From contig CAWDCA010000019.1 of NCBI GenBank assembly GCA_963800695.1, positions 15,085-79,084 of the forward strand: a DNA stretch of 64,000 nucleotides, written 5' to 3'. This DNA is from an uncultured Alphaproteobacteria bacterium. Its GTDB lineage: Bacteria; Pseudomonadota; Alphaproteobacteria; Rhizobiales; Xanthobacteraceae. Shown here piece by piece: positions 58,078 through 64,000 of the stretch. The notes beneath the pieces are model-generated. The model ran no database searches. It saw only the letters and a program-made list of their open reading frames with translations, and was not told the origin of the DNA. The position numbers were made by a program, and so were the translations under genes. Positions within the stretch are counted from its first letter, which is position 1. Each line of letters begins with the position of its first letter.

Positions 58078-58995
58078 ATGCGGCCGCGCCTGGACCAGCT
58101 GGAAGCGTTACTCTGGATTTCGAAGCTCGGGAGCTTCCGCAGCGCCGCGCGCAAGCTGCGGCTGTCGCAACCGGCGGTCTCCAGCCGCATCCGCGAACTG
58201 GAAAACCATCTCGGCATTTCGCTGCTCGACCGCACGCACCACCGCCCGCGGATCACCGCCGAGGGGCTGGACGTGCTGCGCCACGCCGAGCAGATGATCA
58301 GCCTTGCGGAGAACTTCCGCGCCCGTTTCGGCGAGCGCGACCGGCTGCCGAAGACGATCCGGATGGGCGCGGCGGACTTGTTTGCGCTCACGCATTTGTC
58401 GTCATTGCTCGAACGCCTTGCCGAACTTCATCCCGCAACGCATGTCGATCTGGAGATTGGCTTTAGCACCAACCTCAATCGCAAGCTTCATGCCGGCGAA
58501 CTCGACATCGCGTTCCTGACCGCACCAACCGCCAGCGCGTCGGTCAGCGTCGAGCCGCTGCTCACGCTGGAGCTTGCCTGGCTCGGCAGCCCGAAGCTCG
58601 GCATTCATGGACAACGCCTTGGCCCCGCCGATCTCGTTCAACGGCCGATCATCACCAATCCGGGGCCGTCGCACCTCTACAGCATCATCTACGACTGGTT
58701 CGCGGGCGCCGGCCTCGTGCCGCAGCGGCTCAACACCTGCACGAGCCTGACGATCGTCGCCAAGCTCACCGCTGACGGGATCGGAATTTCGGTGCTGCCG
58801 CCGGTGCTGGTGCGGCGCGAACTGGCGCGCGGCAACCTCGTGCGGCTGATGACCGCGCCCGAATTGCCGCCGCATTATATCTCGGTCGCCTATCGGGTCT
58901 GGACCGAGCAGGGAGACCTCGCGCCGATCGCCAATCTGGCCCACACGCTGGTGGCGGCGCGGCCGCGCCGCAACGTGAGCCGGGCGTCTTTGTGA
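58078..58995 (+). CDS. LysR-family transcriptional regulator, divergent from the hyu/sox array
   Basis: 305 aa. HTH GSFRSAARKLRLSQPAVSSRIRELE followed by a LysR substrate-binding domain. Confidence 0.85.
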   Translation: MRPRLDQLEALLWISKLGSFRSAARKLRLSQPAVSSRIRELENHLGISLLDRTHHRPRITAEGLDVLRHAEQMISLAENFRARFGERDRLPKTIRMGAADLFALTHLSSLLERLAELHPATHVDLEIGFSTNLNRKLHAGELDIAFLTAPTASASVSVEPLLTLELAWLGSPKLGIHGQRLGPADLVQRPIITNPGPSHLYSIIYDWFAGAGLVPQRLNTCTSLTIVAKLTADGIGISVLPPVLVRRELARGNLVRLMTAPELPPHYISVAYRVWTEQGDLAPIANLAHTLVAARPRRNVSRASL

Positions 58996-59215
58996 AATGA
59001 TGTATCCCGATGATTCCGAACAAGGAGTTTGACGAGGGCTTGCAGGGAATTGCGACCCTTGCTTAATTCGTAGATCGGATTGCGGGAGCAAACGGCGGTC
59101 CCTGGCACCCACACCGTTGTAAACAGTTTTCAGTTGTGCTTCCAGTTGATGGTTGCGAACGACAGCTCTCGTTCCGGGCTCAGACCGGTCGCGCAGAGGA
59201 CAATGGGCCATCGAG

Positions 59216-59929
59216 ATGTCAGCCATCAAGCCGATTGCGATCACGTCGCTGGCCGAGGGAGCCTTCGGCAAGCTGGTCCAGGCCATCACGTCGGGTGAGT
59301 TTCAGCCGGGGCAAAAGCTCTCCGAATCCGAACTCGCGCGCCGGCTCGGCATCAGCCGTGGACCGCTGCGCGAGGCGCTCGGCCGCCTCGAAGGACGGCT
59401 GGTAACGCGGACGCCGCGGCTTGGCGTGAGCGTGATCGATTTCAATCGGGATAACCTCGAGCAACTGTTCTTTGTGCGCGAAGCGCTTGAAGGAATGGCT
59501 GCGCGGCTGGCTGCCGAACGCATGACGACGCAAGAACTCGCGCGGTTGCGGGAGCTTCTGACACATCATGCCAACCAACCCGAGCTCGCGGCCGGCTCCG
59601 CTTACTATCAGCGCTCGCGCGACGAAGACTATCATTTCACCATCGTGCGTGCGGCGCGCTGCGAGCGGCTGGAGCAGATGTTGCTCGACGAGTTGTACTA
59701 CCAGCTGCGAATCCATCGCCTGCGATCCAGCACACGGCCGGGGCGCGCGCAGCAGGCGCTCGGCGAGCATCGTGAAATTCTTGAAGCACTTGCATCACGC
59801 AATCCGGACGCCGCCGAAGGCACCATGCGCCATCACATCCGCAATGCGCGCCTCAGCGCGCTTTCCATGCTGGACGAGGAAAGCCTCTCCATGGCTACGC
59901 CCCGGCCGCGGAGGGCTGCGCGCCGCTGA
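59216..59929 (+). CDS. GntR-family (FadR/FCD subfamily) transcriptional regulator
   Basis: From ATG 59216: MSAIKPIAITSLAEG...SESELARRLGISRGPLREAL (winged HTH), then an all-helical FCD-like C-terminal domain. Confidence 0.85.
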   Translation: MSAIKPIAITSLAEGAFGKLVQAITSGEFQPGQKLSESELARRLGISRGPLREALGRLEGRLVTRTPRLGVSVIDFNRDNLEQLFFVREALEGMAARLAAERMTTQELARLRELLTHHANQPELAAGSAYYQRSRDEDYHFTIVRAARCERLEQMLLDELYYQLRIHRLRSSTRPGRAQQALGEHREILEALASRNPDAAEGTMRHHIRNARLSALSMLDEESLSMATPRPRRAARR

Positions 59930-59973
59930 TTGAGGCAGCAGGCCGCACCCAATCGAGGCACATCCGAGCTCCA

Positions 59974-59989
59974 GAACTGTTGACAGTTC
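59974..59989. promoter_or_regulatory. perfect 7-2-7 palindrome GAACTGT-TG-ACAGTTC; candidate GntR operator overlapping a TTGACA hexamer
   Basis: gaactgt (59974-59980), tg, acagttc (59983-59989). It contains a GT...AC core as in many GntR-family operators. ttgaca at 59980-59985. Lies between the GntR gene and the ICL/PEP-mutase-family gene. Confidence 0.4.
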
Positions 59990-60004
59990 GGCTGCCAAAG
60001 TCGT

Positions 60005-60928
60005 TTGATCGCCTCACTTCACCTCAATCGATTGGTCGTAGAAGTGCATCGTACTGCCGAACCTCAGCGTCTGACGTCGCAGCTCAAGGCACTCCTCGCC
60101 GCAAAGCGCGCCGTTATTCTCCCGGGCACGCCGAATGCACTATTCGCGCGCGTGATCGAGGATCTAGGCTTCGAGGGGGTCTACGTCACCGGCGCCGGCA
60201 TCGCGAATATGTCGCTTGGCGTTCCCGACATCGGCCTCGTGACTCTCAGCGAACTCGTCGAACATGTCGCGGCGATCTGCGATGGCGTTACGGTCCCGGT
60301 GCTCGCCGATGCCGACACCGGATTTGGCAATCCGGTAAATATGACGCGCACCGTGCGCATGCTCGAACGTGCAGGTGCCGCCGGAATCCAGATCGAAGAT
60401 CAGGTCTTCCCGAAGAAGTGCGGCCACTTCAAAGGGAAGGACGTCGTGCCGCTCGGCGACATGGTCCAGAAGGTCAAGGCGGCGGTCGATAGCCGTCTCG
60501 ATGGCGATTTCCAGATCGTTGCGCGCACCGATGTCCGCGCCGTGCGCGGTTTCGAGGAGGGAATTGAGCGCGCCCACGCCTTCATCGAGGCGGGTGCCGA
60601 CGCGACCTTTGTAGAGGCACCGGTCAGCATCGAGGAACTCGCCAAGATAGCGAAGCTTCTTCCCGTCCCGCAGATCGCCAACATGGTCTTCGGCGGCCTG
60701 ACGCCCGCAGTGCCGCAGAGCGGGCTGGCCGAAATGGGTTTCGGTGCCGTGCTCTACGCCAACGCGGCGTTACAGGCCGCACTCAAATCGGTGCGCGAAG
60801 TCCTCGGATCGCTCAAGAAAAACGGATCGCTCGACGAAGTGCGCGAACGTCTCGCCTCTTTCGACGAGCGCCAGCGCGCCGTCGCCAAGGATCAGTACGA
60901 CGCGCTCGAAGCGCGTTACCGCGACTGA
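60005..60928 (+). CDS. isocitrate lyase / PEP mutase superfamily enzyme (methylisocitrate-lyase / carboxyvinyl-carboxyphosphonate phosphorylmutase-like)
   Basis: Motifs VTGAGIAN, LADADTGFGN, IEDQVFPKKCGH and VARTD. The start is uncertain: TTG 60005 or in-frame GTG 60044. Confidence 0.8.
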   Translation: MIASLHLNRLVVEVHRTAEPQRLTSQLKALLAAKRAVILPGTPNALFARVIEDLGFEGVYVTGAGIANMSLGVPDIGLVTLSELVEHVAAICDGVTVPVLADADTGFGNPVNMTRTVRMLERAGAAGIQIEDQVFPKKCGHFKGKDVVPLGDMVQKVKAAVDSRLDGDFQIVARTDVRAVRGFEEGIERAHAFIEAGADATFVEAPVSIEELAKIAKLLPVPQIANMVFGGLTPAVPQSGLAEMGFGAVLYANAALQAALKSVREVLGSLKKNGSLDEVRERLASFDERQRAVAKDQYDALEARYRD

Positions 60929-60946
60929 AAACGAAGGATCGCCTCC

Positions 60947-61677
60947 ATGAAACCATGGGACGCCATCATTCCGCAGCATGAGCAGGAAGCCTATCGCGCC
61001 GCGGGCTTCGGCCGCAGCACCGGCCTCGGCAGCGCCCCGCGCTGCTGATCATCGACGTGCAGTACCGCACGGTCGGCACCACGCCGGCCCCGTTCATGGA
61101 AGCCATCAAGGAATTCCCGACCTCCTGCGGCCAGGTCGGCTGGAATGCGGTTCACCACATCGCACGCGTGCTGGCGGTGTTCCGCGCCAAGGGCTGGCCG
61201 GTGCTCTATCCTTACGTGTCGCAGAAGAAGACCTTCGACAAAGGCCGCCTCGCCGACAAGGTGCCGGCGCTGATGAACATCGCCAAGCGCGGCTACGATT
61301 TCGTCGCGGAGATCGCGCCCGAGCCAAACGACGTGCTGCTGCCGAAGAAGCATCCGAGCGCGTTCTTCGGCACGCCGCTCGCGAGCTACCTGATCGAGCG
61401 CGCCGTCGACACGCTGGTCGTGACCGGCTGCACGACCAGCGGCTGCGTGCGCGGCACCGTCGTCGACGGCTTCGCCTACAATTTCCGTGCGCTCGTGCCG
61501 CACGATGCCGTCTACGACCGCAGCCAGGTGTCGCATGCGGTCAACCTGTTCGACATGTCGGAGAAGTACGCGGACGTGATGAGCACCGACGAGGCGCTCG
61601 GCGCGCTCAAAGTCGATCGATCGCGCCGCGGCATGAACATAATCAACACCAGAGGAGCGTTTGATGCCTACGTTTGA
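60947..61677 (+). pseudogene. isochorismatase-like cysteine hydrolase of the N-carbamoylsarcosine amidase / maleamate amidohydrolase type, frameshift at the C-run 61035-61038
   Basis: ATG 60947 gives MKPWDAIIPQHEQEAYRAAGFGRSTGLGS, then a stop at 61046. The frame of ORF 61057..61677 continues PALLIIDVQYRTVG...VVTGCTTSGCVRGT (catalytic Cys). Adding one C restores GSAPALLIIDV. Confidence 0.75.
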
Positions 61678-62863
61678 TCGTCGTACTGGAATGAAGTTCG
61701 CGGCCGCTGCTTGCGCCGCGCTTTCGATCGCAGCCGCAACACCCGCGTCTGCGCAGAACGTGTTCCGCTTCGGACTTGCCATGCCGCTGACCGGCTCGCA
61801 GGCGCTGTACGGACAGGATCAGGTCAAGGCCGCCGAATGGGCCGTGGCCGAGATCAACAAGGCCGGCGGCGTCAACGGCAAGAAGCTGGAGATGGTCGTG
61901 CTCGACACGCAGGGCGATCCGCAGCTCGGCATCCAGGCGGTCAACCGGCTGGTCAGTGTGGAGAAAGTCCCGGTGTTCATCACGGCCTGGAGCGGTGTCG
62001 TCAAGGCGGTCGCGCCGATCGCCAACGACAACAAGGTCGTCGAGCTCAGCGTCGGCGCCAACTCGCCCGACATCGCCAAGCTCGGCGACTATGTCTACAC
62101 CACCTTCCCGCTCGCCGACATCGACCTCACGGCGGTCGCCAAATACGCCGCGACCACGATGGGCAAGAAGAAGGCCGCGATCGTCTACATCAACAACGAG
62201 ACCGGCATCGTCGCCGCGGATGTCTACAAGCGGGACTTCACCGCGGCCGGCGGCCAGATCGTCGCTATCGAGACCTACGATCAGAAAGCGACCGATTTCA
62301 CCGGCCCCCTGCTCAAGGTGCGCGCGGCAAATCCCGACATGATCCACCTGCAGGGGTTGGTCTCCGATACGCCGCAGGTGATCGCCCAGATGCGCCAGCT
62401 CGGCCTGAACCAGCCGATCAGCTCCTATTCGGTCGCCTACAATCCCAAACTCATCCAGCAGATCGGCCCCGCCGCCGAAGGCGTGATCGCAACCTCGCTG
62501 GCGCCCGGTGTCGACGACTCCGAAGCCGTCAAAGCGTACGTGGCGCGCTGGACCAAGGAAGTCGGCCGCGAGCCGAACGGCCTGCCCTACACGCAGTACC
62601 TCTATGACGCGCCGTACCTCATCGCCGCGGTGCTGAAATCGCTCGACGACAAGAAGATGCCCATCACCGGCGAGAATTTCCGCAAGGAAATGCTGGCGAT
62701 AAAATCCTTCGAGCTGCCGCTGACCGGCAAGACGACGCTCGGCGACGACCACACCGTGGTCAAGCCGGTCTACCTGATGGAAGTCAAAGGCGGGAAGTGG
62801 ACCCACAAGGCAACCGTCGGCAAATATCGCCCGCAGCACCGGACAGCGAAGAGCGATCGGCCA
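61664..62863 (+). CDS. periplasmic substrate-binding protein of a second Liv-type ABC transporter; no stop codon before the following permease
   Basis: ATG 61664 follows agaggag. Signal ...MKFAAAACAALSIAAATPASAQ and a type-I PBP pattern (GGVNGKKLEMVVLDTQGDP). The frame continues uninterrupted into the permease (track ORF 61661..63811, 716 aa). Confidence 0.7.
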
Positions 62864-63811
62864 ATGCAGGACACGACCATCATCCTGCAGATTCTGTGGA
62901 CCTCGCTCGCGACGTCCACCTACTACGTGCTGTTCGCGGTCGCCTTCGCGCTGGTGCTCAAGGTGACGCGGCTGTTCAATTTCGCCCAGGCCGGGGTCAT
63001 GACGATCGCCTTCTACACGGCGTTCGTCGTGGTGCAGTGGCTCGAATGGCCGGCCTGGGCGGCATTCATCGTGATGATGGTAGTGACGCTCGCCGCATCC
63101 TATGCGCTGGAGCGCATTGGCTTTGAGGCGCTGCGCCGCCGCGGCGTCTCGGTGATGTTCGTGTTCGTGTTTACCTTCATGGTGTCGGAGTTCGTTGCCT
63201 ATGTGGCGATGCTGATCTTCGGCACCTGGCCGCAGACCATCTTCCCGACCATCTTCTGGCCGGTGACGCTGGTCGGCGAGATCGCGGTGAGCGGCTGGGA
63301 TCTGCCGGCGATGGCAGCAACGGTCGCGGCGCTGGCGGCGTTCTTTGCTTTCATGCGCCTTACCCGCACCGGCCAGTTCATGATCGGCGTTGCCGACAAC
63401 CCCGGTCTCGCCGAGCTTTATGGCATCGACAAGCGGCAGATTTTCCTGGTGACGATGCTGATCGCCGGCGCGTTCGTCGGACTCGGCATGTTCCTCTATG
63501 GCACGCGGGCGCAGGTACTGCCGCAGACCGCCCTCTCGCTGATGCTGTTCGCCGTCGTCGCGACGATCATCGGCGGCATCGGCAATGTCGCCGGCGCGGC
63601 GATCGCGGCGGTGATCCTCGGCATCGTCCAGAATGCCAGCATTCTCGTCATCCCGTCCGAATGGCAGGGCTTCCTGCTCTACATCTTCCTGTTTTTCGCG
63701 ATCGTGTTCTTTCCCAACGGCCTGAAGCTGCCGCGCCGCCGCAGCCGTTTTGGCACCGCGACGCGCGACATTCCGCCAGCCGGTGACGCGCCCGCCGAAA
63801 CGCAGGCCTGA
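62864..63811 (+). CDS. HAAT-family (LivH-like) ABC transporter permease
   Basis: From ATG 62864: MQDTTIILQILWTSLATSTYYVLFAVAF..., polytopic with ...IIGGIGNVAGAAIAAV... typical of LivH/BraD. Confidence 0.8.
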   Translation: MQDTTIILQILWTSLATSTYYVLFAVAFALVLKVTRLFNFAQAGVMTIAFYTAFVVVQWLEWPAWAAFIVMMVVTLAASYALERIGFEALRRRGVSVMFVFVFTFMVSEFVAYVAMLIFGTWPQTIFPTIFWPVTLVGEIAVSGWDLPAMAATVAALAAFFAFMRLTRTGQFMIGVADNPGLAELYGIDKRQIFLVTMLIAGAFVGLGMFLYGTRAQVLPQTALSLMLFAVVATIIGGIGNVAGAAIAAVILGIVQNASILVIPSEWQGFLLYIFLFFAIVFFPNGLKLPRRRSRFGTATRDIPPAGDAPAETQA

Positions 63812-63817
63812 GCCGTC

Positions 63818-64000
63818 ATGGAGTATCTCTACGGCATCATCATCATCGTCGGCCTCTATGTCATCCTGGCGACGAGCTTCAACCTGATCATCGGCTATGG
63901 CGGGCTGGTCTCGATCGCCCATCCGGTGTTCTTCGCGCTCGGTGCCTATACGTCGGCGATCCTGTCGCGCGATTTCGGCGTGCCGGTGTTGCTGGCGATG
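63818..64000 (+). CDS. HAAT-family (LivM-like) ABC transporter permease, N-terminal part only (runs off the right edge)
   Basis: ATG 63818: MEYLYGIIIIVGLYVILATSFNLIIGYGGLVSIAHPVFFALGAYTSAIL, a typical LivM start. No stop in the window. Confidence 0.7.
   Translation, partial: MEYLYGIIIIVGLYVILATSFNLIIGYGGLVSIAHPVFFALGAYTSAILSRDFGVPVLLAM

Noticed and set aside
58060-58078. TGAT-N11-ATCA dyad at the LysR gene start as a LysR T-N11-A box
   Set aside because: It has only 4-bp arms, overlaps the start codon, and could easily arise by chance in this AT-rich 100-nt gap. It is noted as a place to look but is not called.
7219-61038. Homopolymer indels as phase-variable contingency loci
   Set aside because: The runs are only 2-5 nt long, far shorter than tracts that slip at useful frequency. 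The affected genes are ordinary metabolic enzymes rather than surface or restriction functions.

Overview
GC-rich, densely coding chromosomal segment. Gene content and REP-like intergenic hairpins suggest (inference only) an alphaproteobacterium of the Bradyrhizobium/Rhodopseudomonas/Afipia group. I recognise about 65 protein genes. I found no rRNA, tRNA, CRISPR array, transposase, integrase or phage gene. Layout: (1) 0-6.8 kb mixed genes: Bug-family binding protein, lytic transglycosylase, YqhA, enolase-superfamily enzyme, ettA. (2) 6.8-13.7 kb molybdenum-cofactor module: fdhD-mobA facing moeA-mobB plus two further MoeA-fold genes, with a TusA-like carrier. (3) 13.7-17 kb: 2-hydroxyacid dehydrogenase, a badly broken ggt, two tandem palindromic elements, a PaaI thioesterase. 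(4) 17-35.7 kb quinate/shikimate-type genes (QuiC-type dehydratase, aroQ, aroE-like) with a Liv-type ABC importer, a LacI regulator and an embedded six-gene acyl-CoA block. (5) 35.9-38.9 kb a TRAP transporter in P-M-Q order. (6) 38.9-58 kb a 14-gene co-directional minus-strand array: hyuA-hyuB, D-aminoacylase-like amidohydrolase, soxBDAG, ridA, a second hyuA-hyuB, TRAP dctPQM and a DadA-like oxidoreductase, with a divergent LysR regulator. (7) 58-64 kb: GntR regulator, ICL/PEP-mutase-family enzyme, CSHase/NicF-type amidase and a second Liv-type ABC importer. The most striking direct observation is about 20 reading-frame disruptions in otherwise recognisable genes. Most are repairable by +/-1 nt in a short homopolymer run, and they are clustered rather than evenly spread. 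This looks more like sequence error than biology, but real gene decay cannot be excluded from sequence alone. I found no clear-cut new system. The best candidates for follow-up are the hyu/sox/amidohydrolase array, the hydroaromatic-plus-CoA cluster, the triple-MoeA module and the tandem palindromic elements. All functional calls rest on remembered family motifs, not on database searches.
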